Shown in pieces: positions 26,232 to 35,941 of a stretch of 64,000 nucleotides of DNA. The notes under the pieces are model-generated. The model ran no database searches. It saw nothing but the letters and a program-made list of their open reading frames with translations, and was not told where the DNA came from. The stretch covers positions 12,315 through 76,314 of the forward strand of contig JBAZEY010000002.1 in NCBI GenBank assembly GCA_041653675.1. The letters run 5' to 3'. Position 1 is the stretch's first letter. Each line of letters opens with the position of its first letter. This DNA is from Patescibacteria group bacterium (GTDB taxonomy: Bacteria > Patescibacteriota > Patescibacteriia > XYB2-FULL-38-15). The translations under genes were made by a program, and so were the position numbers.

Positions 26232-26885
26232 TTGGCGTATATGATATTCAAAAATCGCGTAGACGCCGGCCAAAAATTAGCCGAAACGCTCGGAAAATTC
26301 AAAGACGCCAAAGACACGATTATTTTGGCGCTCCCGCGCGGTGGAGTTGTTGTCGGATATGAGGTGGCGAAAAAATTAAATCTGCCGCTTGATATTGTCG
26401 TCCCCCGAAAAATCGGCGCGCCGGGAAATCCGGAATTTGCCATTGGCGCCGTGGGCGAAACCGGCGAAGGAATTTTCGAGGAAATGGTAATCGGCGCCTA
26501 CGGCATTACCGAATCTTATTTGCAAAATGAAATAAAAAAAGAAAAAGCCGAAGCGGAGCGGCGGCTGAAACTTTATCGCGGTGCTCGTCCACCGCTTGAT
26601 TTAAAAAATAAAACCGTCATTCTAGTTGACGACGGCCTGGCAACGGGACTGACAATGCGGGCGGCCATAAAAACTGCTAAAAAATTCGGCGCAAAAAAAA
26701 TTATTGTATCCATCCCCGTCACCTCGCCCGAAGCGGCGGAATTAGTTAAAAAAGAAGTTGATGAAATAATTTATCTTGAAGCTCCGGCCTTTTTCGGCGC
26801 TGTCGGATCTTTTTACGAAGAATTCGGCCAAACAACGGATGATGAAGTAATTGACCTATTAAAAAATGCATGGTTCGGAAAATAG
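26232..26885 (+). CDS. phosphoribosyltransferase-family protein
   Basis: PRPP-binding motif VILVDDGLATGLTMRAA. Confidence 0.8.
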   Translation: MAYMIFKNRVDAGQKLAETLGKFKDAKDTIILALPRGGVVVGYEVAKKLNLPLDIVVPRKIGAPGNPEFAIGAVGETGEGIFEEMVIGAYGITESYLQNEIKKEKAEAERRLKLYRGARPPLDLKNKTVILVDDGLATGLTMRAAIKTAKKFGAKKIIVSIPVTSPEAAELVKKEVDEIIYLEAPAFFGAVGSFYEEFGQTTDDEVIDLLKNAWFGK

Positions 26886-26996
26886 AAAATTAAAATATTT
26901 TTCACAATAAACTCCGCCACATCCGGCGGAGTTTTTAAAAAAATAAAAAGGGGCTAGCCCGAAAGCTAACCCGCAAATGTCGTGATGGGATTTACC

Positions 26997-27731
26997 CTAC
27001 TTGTTGAAGTACGCAAGCGTCCGCTTGGTCCAGTATTCGAGCCGCCGCGCCGCGTCTTCATCAATGATCTCGACCACTCTCGCCCAGTGGAAGGCGACGA
27101 GATCACCGACTGAAACGCGCGGAAAAAGCAGCGGATCGCGCGGGACGGAAACATTCCTCTCTTCTTCCTCGAGTTCGGACAAAATCCTGCCGCCTTGGCG
27201 CCGCAATGACTTTGCCGAAACGGTGAGCGTCCCGTTCTTTCCGACGCCGACTACTCTTCCCCAGCCGATGCGGCAAAGATCCTGGCCAACCGAACCCCGC
27301 TCCACCTGGCCGGAGAGTCCGCCAATTACCATGACATGGAAGCTGTGATGCGGCCGGTGCTGATAGTGAACGCGGGCGGCCGCTTCTTTCGCCGCTGGCG
27401 CAGCCATCTTGCCTTCGGCCGCCAGGTTGAGAATCATCGTCTTTAAATCCTCGGGTCGGACGCGGTTCAAAAGGTCGTTCCCAATCCAGTAGGCGTCAAC
27501 TACCCGCAAATCAAGCCAGTCCTCGATACTGTTTGAGGCCGCGATCAACTTCAGGTAGGCCGCCGCCGCGGTAAACTGCTCGAGCAGTTTTCTTGCCTGC
27601 CCGTCACTCACCTTTTTTTTAGTGGTGAGATACTGGTAGAGCTTACCCTTCTCGCTGCCCCGCGGCCCGCAAAGACCGAGTTCGTTCGGATAGAGGGCGT
27701 AACGCGCCGCCCGTGCGTAAATCTTTCCCAT
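26997..27731 (-). CDS. hypothetical protein, GC-rich, translationally coupled to hypC
   Basis: 244 aa. The ATG is 1 nt after the hypC stop, with GGGAGGAGG embedded in the hypC 3' end. Own terminator downstream. Strong composition shift relative to hypC. Confidence 0.6.
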   Translation of the reverse strand: MGKIYARAARYALYPNELGLCGPRGSEKGKLYQYLTTKKKVSDGQARKLLEQFTAAAAYLKLIAASNSIEDWLDLRVVDAYWIGNDLLNRVRPEDLKTMILNLAAEGKMAAPAAKEAAARVHYQHRPHHSFHVMVIGGLSGQVERGSVGQDLCRIGWGRVVGVGKNGTLTVSAKSLRRQGGRILSELEEEERNVSVPRDPLLFPRVSVGDLVAFHWARVVEIIDEDAARRLEYWTKRTLAYFNK

Positions 27732-27732
27732 T

Positions 27733-27963
27733 TTATTCCTCCCTCCCCCTGCTTTTCTCTAATTCACTAAATACAGCAAGGCACTCTTTGGCTTCCCTTT
27801 CGGAAACTTTCTTCATCCCGATATTGCCTTGCACCAATATCCAATCACCTTTTGCCGCTTCCGGCAAGAGTGAGGTGTCAATATTAAAAACTTTGCCACC
27901 ATTTTTAACGGTGGCTTTATTTTTTTTAATCTTTTCAATTTTACAGGGAATCCCAAAACACAT
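27733..27963 (-). CDS. hypC: hydrogenase assembly chaperone HypC/HupF family
   Basis: MCFGIPCKI N-terminus (MC-x-G-x-P signature). 76 aa. Confidence 0.85.
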   Translation of the reverse strand: MCFGIPCKIEKIKKNKATVKNGGKVFNIDTSLLPEAAKGDWILVQGNIGMKKVSEREAKECLAVFSELEKSRGREE

Positions 27964-27969
27964 AACAAA

Positions 27970-28869
27970 CTAAACCTGGCTTGTTTTTATTTCCTTAATT
28001 TTTGAAATCAAATCCACAGCCACGACAACCCCCACAAACATCAGCAAACTTCCGGAAAAAATCTGCCAATCAAAAATTCCTTTTTGCGCCATTTCAAGTA
28101 AACTCGTTACTGGCGCGCCGAGCGATAAAATGCATACCGCCGTTGAAACTTTAATATATTTCAAGCCCGAATACCAAGTCAAAACATAACCTAAAAGAAA
28201 AACGGCCGTTATCCAAACCCAACTCAATTCCGCCGCTCCTACGCCACTAAGCAATTTTAGTTGACCCGTCGCCGCCCAAAAAATAAAAATAAATAAAAAT
28301 CCAAAAAACATCCTCCCCCAAGCAACAATTTTTGGAGAAATATTTTCCAACGCTTTTTTGGAAATAATTTGCTCCGCCGCCCAAAATAAAGTAGCAAGCA
28401 AAACTAGGAGCTCGCCATAACCAAACTGAAATCCGCCAAAAATTTTTAAAATCAACATATTGCCCAACAAAAGCAAAGACGCGCCAATCACCAAATTCTT
28501 GTTAATTTTTTCTTTCAAAAATAATATCGCCAAAATTATTACATAAACAAACATCGTCTTATGGACGAAAGAAGTAGTAGCGCCACCAGTCAAAGTCAAC
28601 CCCTTGAAAAAAAGTAAAAATGGAATACTGCCGCCAACAAGACCGATCAAAACTAAAGTCAGCCACTCTTTAACTTTTAATTTCGCCAATAATTTCCATT
28701 CTTTAAACCAAAAAATAAGACATAGCAAAATTACAGCCACAACTATATTTTTTAAACCTGTAAAAATATCTGAATTAACAACCTTAACACCGAATTGATT
28801 TACAAAAATGGAAACGCCGGAAATTATTGCCGTCCCTAAAACTAACAAATATCCTTTATTTTTATTCAT
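27970..28869 (-). CDS. EamA/DMT-family transporter
   Basis: 10 predicted TM helices in two EamA-like halves. Confidence 0.7.
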   Translation of the reverse strand: MNKNKGYLLVLGTAIISGVSIFVNQFGVKVVNSDIFTGLKNIVVAVILLCLIFWFKEWKLLAKLKVKEWLTLVLIGLVGGSIPFLLFFKGLTLTGGATTSFVHKTMFVYVIILAILFLKEKINKNLVIGASLLLLGNMLILKIFGGFQFGYGELLVLLATLFWAAEQIISKKALENISPKIVAWGRMFFGFLFIFIFWAATGQLKLLSGVGAAELSWVWITAVFLLGYVLTWYSGLKYIKVSTAVCILSLGAPVTSLLEMAQKGIFDWQIFSGSLLMFVGVVVAVDLISKIKEIKTSQV

Positions 28870-28879
28870 GTTTTTAATA

Positions 28880-29698
28880 TTAAATCGCTCCTTTTATATC
28901 TTTCAACTCCGCCCAGGAAAAAACCGGACCGTCCTGGCAGACGAAGAAACTTCCAACCGCGCAATGGTTGCAAACGCCGACACCGCAGTGCATCCGCCGC
29001 TCAAGCGATAGATATATATCTTCATTGCTAAATCCTGCTTTATTTAATTTTTCCAAAACAAATTTATACATCACCGGCGGACCGCAGAGAAACGCCACTG
29101 GATTTTCCGTAAGCGGCGTCTTTTCAAACAAAACCGTAACCAATCCCTGAATTATCGGGCAAGATAATTTAAATTTATCCGTAGGCTTATCAAGGCACAA
29201 ATGAAAATCAATATCATTTTTCATCCAGGTTTCGTATTCATTGCGGAAAAGCAAATCATCCTCGGTTCTCGCTCCGTAAAAAATTTGAACTTTTTTATAT
29301 TGATCACGATTTTTTACGATTTCAAAAATTGCCGTGCGGACCGTTTCCAAACCAAGGCCGCCGACAACAATCAAAAGATTTCTATTTTTAGCGAACTCGA
29401 GCGGAAACGGCCGGCCGTATGGCCCGCGCACACCGACTTTATCCCCTACTTTCAGGGCATGCATTGCCTTGGTTACTGTTCCGACATTTCTCGCGCAAAC
29501 CTGGAATTTATTTTTTAATGAAGCATCTGAGCAAAGACAAAAAGGCGCTTCGCCAAATCCCGGCAGAGAAATTTCCGCGAATTGCCCGCTTCGAACGCTA
29601 AATCCGCGCGGGGCATCAAGCGTAAATAATTTTGAATTTGAACCCTCATTTTCAACTTTCAAAATTTTTACTGATTGTGGTTGGTATTGATTTTTCAT
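28880..29698 (-). CDS. hydrogenase gamma-type subunit (FAD/NAD(P)-binding oxidoreductase with 2Fe-2S)
   Basis: Ferredoxin-reductase-like fold pattern. C-terminal C-x-GVGVCNHC cluster. Confidence 0.7.
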   Translation of the reverse strand: MKNQYQPQSVKILKVENEGSNSKLFTLDAPRGFSVRSGQFAEISLPGFGEAPFCLCSDASLKNKFQVCARNVGTVTKAMHALKVGDKVGVRGPYGRPFPLEFAKNRNLLIVVGGLGLETVRTAIFEIVKNRDQYKKVQIFYGARTEDDLLFRNEYETWMKNDIDFHLCLDKPTDKFKLSCPIIQGLVTVLFEKTPLTENPVAFLCGPPVMYKFVLEKLNKAGFSNEDIYLSLERRMHCGVGVCNHCAVGSFFVCQDGPVFSWAELKDIKGAI

Positions 29699-30687
29699 AA
29701 CGCCGCCAGCACTTTAAAAATATTTATTCCCACGGGACATGCCTTCGCGCACCGGCCGCAGCCGACGCAACCCATAATCTGAATCTGATCCGGAATCCGG
29801 ACAAATTTATGATAATACCAAAAATGAATTCTTTCAGCCGTAGTTTTCAAAAATTTATGTCCGCCGCCAACTTCTGAAAAATCATTATAAAAACAGGCGC
29901 CCCACGTTCGCTTCCTCGTGCCGCCAAGCCCCACCAAATCCGGCTGGTCTTTTATGTCAAAACAAAAACAGGTCGGACAAACGAGCGTACACTTTCCGCA
30001 TTCAATGCAACGCGCGCCAACATCTTCTTCCCAAATTTCTTTTTTATAAGTTTTCCGAAGCGCGTCGCGGTATTTTACCATCATCGGATCCAAACCTTCT
30101 TCTTTGATCGGCCCGGCGTAGGCAATGTGTTCATAATCTTTGTAACCAAATTTTTCCAAAACGCTTTGCCCCTCTTCCGAACCGGTATAAACAAAATATT
30201 TATTCTTCTCGCCTCGCTTCGCGGTCGAAGCGGGTTGCACTTCCAGAAAAATATCAAATTGCAAATGTTCCAAAATATCTTCTTCGTATTTAATTTGGAA
30301 AAGATTCTGCTCCACATTTTCAGGAATCAAACTTTGGCCAATGATAAGCGTCCGCCGCATGCGCTCTTGGTACCAGGGATCACGCTCAAAAATTTGATTT
30401 AGCATCACGACGGCTTTGAGGTCGACAGGATTAATGCCGAAAATTACTTGCTTTTCCGCCTTTTTCACTTCGGTCATCTTGTCTTTCTTGTATTCAAAAA
30501 GTGTTTCCTCTGACGGAACTAAAAATCTTTTGAATGAATGCAGCGGCGGTTCGGAAATTAGCTTCACCTTTTTCGCATTTTCCACTTCGGCATAAACGAC
30601 TTCTTCTGGCCGTTTTTCCGGCGCCCACACTTTGTAACCGCTCTTCATCAAAAATGCTATGAATTTTTGTAACTCGCCTTGTGTCAT
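29695..30687 (-). CDS. hydrogenase beta-type subunit (4Fe-4S dicluster protein)
   Basis: CIECGKCTLVCPTCFC and CVGCGRCAKACP motifs. Overlaps the gamma subunit start by 4 nt. Confidence 0.7.
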   Translation of the reverse strand: MTQGELQKFIAFLMKSGYKVWAPEKRPEEVVYAEVENAKKVKLISEPPLHSFKRFLVPSEETLFEYKKDKMTEVKKAEKQVIFGINPVDLKAVVMLNQIFERDPWYQERMRRTLIIGQSLIPENVEQNLFQIKYEEDILEHLQFDIFLEVQPASTAKRGEKNKYFVYTGSEEGQSVLEKFGYKDYEHIAYAGPIKEEGLDPMMVKYRDALRKTYKKEIWEEDVGARCIECGKCTLVCPTCFCFDIKDQPDLVGLGGTRKRTWGACFYNDFSEVGGGHKFLKTTAERIHFWYYHKFVRIPDQIQIMGCVGCGRCAKACPVGINIFKVLAAL

Positions 30688-30778
30688 AAAATCATTTAAA
30701 CATCAAAACATTTAAACATTATAGCATAAAAAAGAACGGGTATAAACGCCCATCTGACATGCCACAACCAACCCATTC

Positions 30779-31390
30779 TTATTTTTTCAACCATTTTTTA
30801 TTCCAACCAACCCAATTCTTAAAAATTAAGACGCATCCGATAAAAACTCCTAAGGTATCGGCTGATAAATCATTTGCCACGTCAACTATTATATTTTGAT
30901 TGGAGTCGGAAAACATATGTGTCCCCCACCAAGTATCTCCTTGCTTTTGAAAAAATTCCCAAAAAAATGACAGCAACAAAACTAAAACACCACTAATTAA
31001 AATAACTTCCATCTTTTTCGGTACACCTTTCTTTATTTTTAAAATTCCATAAAACATCGCCCACATTATTACAAAAGAAGCTGGAATAACCACGTGGGCG
31101 ATTACATCATATTCAAAAAATTTTATGTAATGATAAAAATAAATCGTGCCGAGAGAAGTCGTAAAAAAAATCAATCCGCCGAGACCGAGCAACGTGTTAC
31201 CAAAAAAATCATTATAATATTTTTTTACAAACGCTGATTTCTGAAAAAAATAAAGAATAAGCAGGGCTAAGGCTCCCAAAATAAAACTGTTTAACAAAAA
31301 AATATTCCCTCGCCAGCCATAAAACGCGGCCGCCGCCAAGGCCGACCAAAAAGCTGACCAAAAAATTACCCTTATCACGCGACGGAACAT
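30779..31390 (-). CDS. hypothetical polytopic membrane protein
   Basis: 203 aa, 5-6 hydrophobic segments. Confidence 0.5.
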   Translation of the reverse strand: MFRRVIRVIFWSAFWSALAAAAFYGWRGNIFLLNSFILGALALLILYFFQKSAFVKKYYNDFFGNTLLGLGGLIFFTTSLGTIYFYHYIKFFEYDVIAHVVIPASFVIMWAMFYGILKIKKGVPKKMEVILISGVLVLLLSFFWEFFQKQGDTWWGTHMFSDSNQNIIVDVANDLSADTLGVFIGCVLIFKNWVGWNKKWLKK

Positions 31391-31470
31391 ACTTCAACAT
31401 TATTTATTTATATATTATAACATAAAAAACAAAAAGCCGGCTTTTCGGAGCCGGCCTTCTTGAACACTAT

Positions 31471-32484
31471 TTATTTTAACTTTTTCCCCACCATTTCCGT
31501 GAATTCCACAAGCCGCGTGCTGTAACCCCACTCGTTATCGTACCAAGCAATGACTTTGATAAGGTTTCCCCCGACGGCCATTGTAAGCTCGGCATCCACC
31601 ACTGAAGATAAAGATGATTTTCTGTAGTCAATGGAAACTAGAGGTTCATCGGAAATGCCCAAAATTCCTTTTAATTCTTTTCCCGCGGCGGCGCGTAAAG
31701 TATTGTTAATCTGGTCAACTGTCGCGTCACGGCCAATAACTAATGAAAAGTCCAAAAGTGAAACTGACGGCGTCGGAACGCGAATGGACAAACCGTTTAA
31801 TTTGCCTTTCAAATCAGGAATAACTTTTTCCACGGCTTTGGTCGCCCCGGTTGTCGTCGGAATCATGGAAAGGGCGGCGGCGCGGGCCCGGCGAAGATCT
31901 TTATGCGGAAGATCAAGCAAGCGCTGGTCGTTTGTATAACTATGGCAAGTCGTCATCGTGCCTTTCAAAATTTTAAATTTGTCGTTCAAAACTTTCGCGA
32001 TCGGCGCCATGGCATTTGTCGTGCAGGAAGCCATGGAGATTACAACATCTTTTTTCGGATCGTATTTTTCTTCATTGCAACCAATCACGTAAGTCGGAAT
32101 ACCCTCGCCTTTACATGGCGCGGAAATTATAACTTTTTTCGCGCCAGCTTTTATGTGCGCCGACGCGCCAACGTAGTCGGTAAAAACGCCAGTTGATTCC
32201 ACAACAATATCAATTCCTAATTTTTTCCAAGGCAAAACGCTCGGATCTTTTTCTGCAAAAATTTTTATTTTCTGCCCGTCAACTTCAATAAAATCTTTTC
32301 CGGCCGCGACTTTTCCCGGATGAACTCCATAGACTGAATCGTATTTATAAAGATGAGCCAGGGTTGCCGGGTCCGTTAGGTCGTTAACCGCGACAATATC
32401 AAGATTCGGATAGTCCTGGGCGATGGCAAAAAATTGTCTGCCAATTCGGCCAAAACCATTAATCGCGACTTTGATTTTTGGCAT
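31471..32484 (-). CDS. gap: type I glyceraldehyde-3-phosphate dehydrogenase
   Basis: INGFGRIGR and SCTTN motifs. I prefer ATG at 32484 (GGGAGGA 4 nt upstream) over the track start at 32496. Confidence 0.95.
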   Translation of the reverse strand: MPKIKVAINGFGRIGRQFFAIAQDYPNLDIVAVNDLTDPATLAHLYKYDSVYGVHPGKVAAGKDFIEVDGQKIKIFAEKDPSVLPWKKLGIDIVVESTGVFTDYVGASAHIKAGAKKVIISAPCKGEGIPTYVIGCNEEKYDPKKDVVISMASCTTNAMAPIAKVLNDKFKILKGTMTTCHSYTNDQRLLDLPHKDLRRARAAALSMIPTTTGATKAVEKVIPDLKGKLNGLSIRVPTPSVSLLDFSLVIGRDATVDQINNTLRAAAGKELKGILGISDEPLVSIDYRKSSLSSVVDAELTMAVGGNLIKVIAWYDNEWGYSTRLVEFTEMVGKKLK

Positions 32485-32511
32485 ATTTCCTCCCAATTTA
32501 ATTATATTAAA

Positions 32512-33303
32512 TTATTTTTTAATAGGAACTTCAATAATCGTCCCCTCTTCTAATTTTACTATAACCGACTGTTTTAGGGTATGCCACCCAATTACTTTCC
32601 CCCGGCCGTGGTCGGTTCGGACGTTCGTGCCAATTGGCGGAAGTTTTTTTGCCGCTTCTTCATAATTTTTTTGCTCATACGCTAGGCAGCACATCAGTCG
32701 GCCGCAAACGCCGGTCAGGCGATCCGAGCCGCGATGAGCGATTTGTTGAAGATCGGCTAAGTCCGAAGAAATATTTCCCAAATCTTTTTTAAATTTTTGG
32801 CAGCAAAGATGGCGGCCGCAAGCTCCGACATCGCCGGAAATTTTTGCTTCATCGCGAATGCCCAGCTGCTGGAGACGAATTGATTTTTGAAAACTCTTAG
32901 TCAGATCTTTTACTAAATCGCGAAAATCAACCCGCCCATCAGCCACAAAAGCAAAAGTAAGACGCCCACCATCAAAAGAAAAGTGAGCGTCAATTAATTT
33001 TATTGGCAAATTATATTTCTTAACCAGCTGTTTGCAAACCGTCATGGCTTCTTTTTTCTGCTCTTCTTTTTCTTTGAATTTTATCATGTCGGCCGTGCTG
33101 GCTTTTCTGAAAATCGGTTTGATTTCAAGTTTTGCCGCTTCAACTTCTTTGGCGCCAATTTCTTTTACACCCACAATTTTTCCCATTTCCACTCCTAAAT
33201 CGGTTTTTACCACCACAAAATCACCCACCGGAAGATTTAACTCCCCGGCGTCAAAATCGTAAATTCTCCCCCAGGGCGTGAATTGGACTTCAACAATTTT
33301 CAT
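32512..33303 (-). CDS. PSP1 domain protein (RicT/YaaT-like)
   Basis: PSP1 C-terminal pattern with CGR.LCC and CGRLMCCL Cys motifs. Confidence 0.8.
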   Translation of the reverse strand: MKIVEVQFTPWGRIYDFDAGELNLPVGDFVVVKTDLGVEMGKIVGVKEIGAKEVEAAKLEIKPIFRKASTADMIKFKEKEEQKKEAMTVCKQLVKKYNLPIKLIDAHFSFDGGRLTFAFVADGRVDFRDLVKDLTKSFQKSIRLQQLGIRDEAKISGDVGACGRHLCCQKFKKDLGNISSDLADLQQIAHRGSDRLTGVCGRLMCCLAYEQKNYEEAAKKLPPIGTNVRTDHGRGKVIGWHTLKQSVIVKLEEGTIIEVPIKK

Positions 33304-33309
33304 GGCAAC

Positions 33310-33900
33310 TTAAATTTGGAATCTTACAAATCTTTTTATTTCAATTTTTTCTCCGATCTTGGCGATTTTTTGATTTACCAATTCTTCAATCGTGATGTCT
33401 TCGTCTTTAACAAACGGCTGTTTATTAAGACAAATATCTTCAAAATATTTTTCTAATTTTCCTTCAAGAATTTTTTCCACCACCGCCGGAGGTTTTTCCT
33501 GACCCTGCACTTCTTCAAGATACATTTGTTTTTCTTTGGCAACCACCTCTTCGGACACATCTTCCGGTTTTACGTATAAAGGGTTCGTCGCCGCAACCTG
33601 CATGGCAATATCATGAACTAACGCCTGAAATTCCTCAGTGCGCGCCACAAAATCTGTCTCACAACTAATTTCCACCATTGCTCCGACTTTACCGTTTGCG
33701 TGGACGTAAGCGTGGATCAAACCTTCTTTGGCCGTCCGTTCCGCCGATTTTTTCGCTGCCTTTATTTCGCCTTTTTTTCTCAAAACTTCAATTGCTTTTT
33801 CAATATCTCCATTCGCCTCATCTAAGGCATTTTTACATTCAACAATACCTGCGCCGGTTCGTTCACGGAGTTGGACTACGAGTTTTGGATCTAATGCCAT
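33310..33900 (-). CDS. tsf: translation elongation factor Ts (short form)
   Basis: LRERTGAG..ECK.AL N-terminal UBA-like motif. Downstream of rpsB. Confidence 0.9.
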   Translation of the reverse strand: MALDPKLVVQLRERTGAGIVECKNALDEANGDIEKAIEVLRKKGEIKAAKKSAERTAKEGLIHAYVHANGKVGAMVEISCETDFVARTEEFQALVHDIAMQVAATNPLYVKPEDVSEEVVAKEKQMYLEEVQGQEKPPAVVEKILEGKLEKYFEDICLNKQPFVKDEDITIEELVNQKIAKIGEKIEIKRFVRFQI

Positions 33901-33993
33901 ATTTTAATATTCCAATAGCTATTTCTAATATCGAATATCTCAAGAATATTTGATACTAGTCCTCGCACCATTGGTAACAAAAATTTTTTAATT

Positions 33994-34773
33994 TTACTTT
34001 TTCTCTTCTTCCACAACTGGAGCCGGCACAACTGGAGCTGGGGCCGGAGCCGCCGGTTTTTCCGGAGCCGCACCTCTTTTTGATTCAAACTCCGCTTTTC
34101 CCTCTTTTGCAGCCGCAGCGAAAAGGCCTACCATCATTTCAATCGCCTTTACCGCGTCATCATTTGAAGGAACCGGATAATCAATATTCTCCGGATTGAT
34201 ATTTGTATCGCAAAGCGCGACAACCGGAACTTTTCTCTTTCTCGCTTCAGCCACCGCGGTTTTTTCCGCCCTGACGTCAACGACGAAAATCGCTTCCGGT
34301 AATTTCTTCAAAGTTTCAATGCCGCCGACCAATTCTTCTAACTTCACAATTTCTTTCTGAAAATTCAACTGTTCTTTTTTCGTGTACTTCGCGAGTCCGC
34401 CGGTCGCTGTTTTATTTTTTAAATCAGTGAATCGGTCGGTCACGCTCTTGATGGTTTTGAAATTCGTGAAAGTTCCGCCGAGCCATCGGGTTGTGACATA
34501 CGGCATGCCGGCATCTTTCGCGTGGCGCTTCACAATTTCTTTAGCCTGTTCCTTTGAACCAACAAAAAGAACAACTCCGCCCGCGGCTGTTGTTTTTCTG
34601 ACAAAATCTAACGCCTCTTTTAATTTTTTTGCCGTTAACTCTAAATTGAGAATGTGGACATCGCTCCGCTCTCCAAAAATAAACGGCTTCATTTTTGGAT
34701 GCCATTTCGAGGCCTTGTGCCCAAAATGAACACCTGCCTGGAGCATTTCCAGCATTGATGGAATTTCTGACAT
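33994..34773 (-). CDS. rpsB: 30S ribosomal protein S2
   Basis: LLEAGVHFGH-type motif (MLQAGVHFGH). I prefer ATG at 34773 over the upstream TTG at 34854. Ala/Pro-rich C-terminal tail. Confidence 0.95.
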   Translation of the reverse strand: MSEIPSMLEMLQAGVHFGHKASKWHPKMKPFIFGERSDVHILNLELTAKKLKEALDFVRKTTAAGGVVLFVGSKEQAKEIVKRHAKDAGMPYVTTRWLGGTFTNFKTIKSVTDRFTDLKNKTATGGLAKYTKKEQLNFQKEIVKLEELVGGIETLKKLPEAIFVVDVRAEKTAVAEARKRKVPVVALCDTNINPENIDYPVPSNDDAVKAIEMMVGLFAAAAKEGKAEFESKRGAAPEKPAAPAPAPVVPAPVVEEEKK

Positions 34774-34952
34774 AATTTTTTCCTTTTTTGCCTCTGTTTC
34801 GCCAAAACTTGCGGGTCCGGCGAGCGCCGGATCAGGAGCAAGTTTTAAGGGCAAAACATGTGAGATTACTATTAATTAATGACTTTCATCTATTTTTACA
34901 CAAAACCAAAAAATGCGCAAGGGTTTAGTTTATTTAAAAAATGTTGTTTCCA

Positions 34953-35744
34953 TCATTTTCTTCTCAATACTACTATATTGCTGTTTATCTTTTTGGCTCT
35001 CTCTAATTTTTTATTCAGATACCATTCATTAAGTGATCCTGGCCACCATCCCAAAAATTCAAAAGTGCCGCTATTCTCAAGCAACGTCTTCAATTCTTGG
35101 GGAAAGAAAAATCTTAGTCTTCTTGACGTTCTAATTTTTTTTATAAATTTCACCCCGCTTACAACTAAAGACAAATTTTCCTTATAAAATTGGCTAATTT
35201 TATCTACAAAAAACCAGTCAAAAGTAGTTTTAATTTTAATGTCCCCTCTTTTCATAACCCAACTTTGCTTACTATTGTCCTGCCAATCCAGCAGCTGATT
35301 CTGAATCAAATAAAGACCGCCTTTGCGTAAATTTTTAGCAACCGAATCAAGGTGTTTTAGCAAATCTTCCTTGGAAGAAAAAGTAAAAGAACCCATCATA
35401 ATAAAGGAAAAATCAACCTTGCGCTCCAATTTAAAATCACGCATGTCGCCCCTAATCGCCCCTACCTTAACTTGCTGCTTCTTGGCTTCATTTAACAAAT
35501 AATTAATCATCGCTTGACTAATATCTAGGCCGATGGCTTTGTATCCCCGTTTGGCTAATTCGATCAATTGAGGACTGGGACCACAGGCAATATCCAAGCA
35601 ACTTTTTACTTTAATACTGCTAAATTTTTTAATAATTTTCCCAAAATTTTCTACCTGCTTCTTTGGGTCGACAAAGCTAAAGGCAATGTCATAATACAAA
35701 GGAAAGTTATATATATTCATGTATATAAATTTATGAATTACCAC
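34953..35744 (-). CDS. class I SAM-dependent methyltransferase
   Basis: Motif I LDIACGPSPQLIELAKRGYKAIGLDIS. Alternative ATG start at 35720. Confidence 0.7.
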   Translation of the reverse strand: MVIHKFIYMNIYNFPLYYDIAFSFVDPKKQVENFGKIIKKFSSIKVKSCLDIACGPSPQLIELAKRGYKAIGLDISQAMINYLLNEAKKQQVKVGAIRGDMRDFKLERKVDFSFIMMGSFTFSSKEDLLKHLDSVAKNLRKGGLYLIQNQLLDWQDNSKQSWVMKRGDIKIKTTFDWFFVDKISQFYKENLSLVVSGVKFIKKIRTSRRLRFFFPQELKTLLENSGTFEFLGWWPGSLNEWYLNKKLERAKKINSNIVVLRRK

Positions 35745-35767
35745 TTAATTATAACAAACTTTGTCAA

Positions 35768-35800
35768 AATAAAAAGGGGCAACACGCGCGGTGTCGCCCC
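35768..35800 (-). terminator. intrinsic terminator of the rSAM operon
   Basis: On the minus strand: GGGGCGACACCGCGCGTGTTGCCCC followed by TTTTTATTTT. Confidence 0.65.
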
Positions 35801-35824
35801 GGAGATCATGGTCTTCCGCAACCA

Positions 35825-35941
35825 TCAGCCCTTCTGAGTCTTCTTGACCCTCTTCCTGGTGGTGGTCTTCGGGGCCTCCTTCGCCCGAACCTTGATCTCG
35901 CTGATCTTGGCGCTGTCGAGCACGCCCTTGCACTTCGACAT
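35825..35941 (-). CDS. possible internally initiated 38-aa Lys-rich peptide (same frame as 35825..36604)
   Basis: AAGGAGG (35949-35955) lies 7 nt upstream of the in-frame ATG at 35941. Translation MSKCKGVLDSAKISEIKVRAKEAPKTTTRKRVKKTQKG. Confidence 0.25.
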   Translation of the reverse strand: MSKCKGVLDSAKISEIKVRAKEAPKTTTRKRVKKTQKG

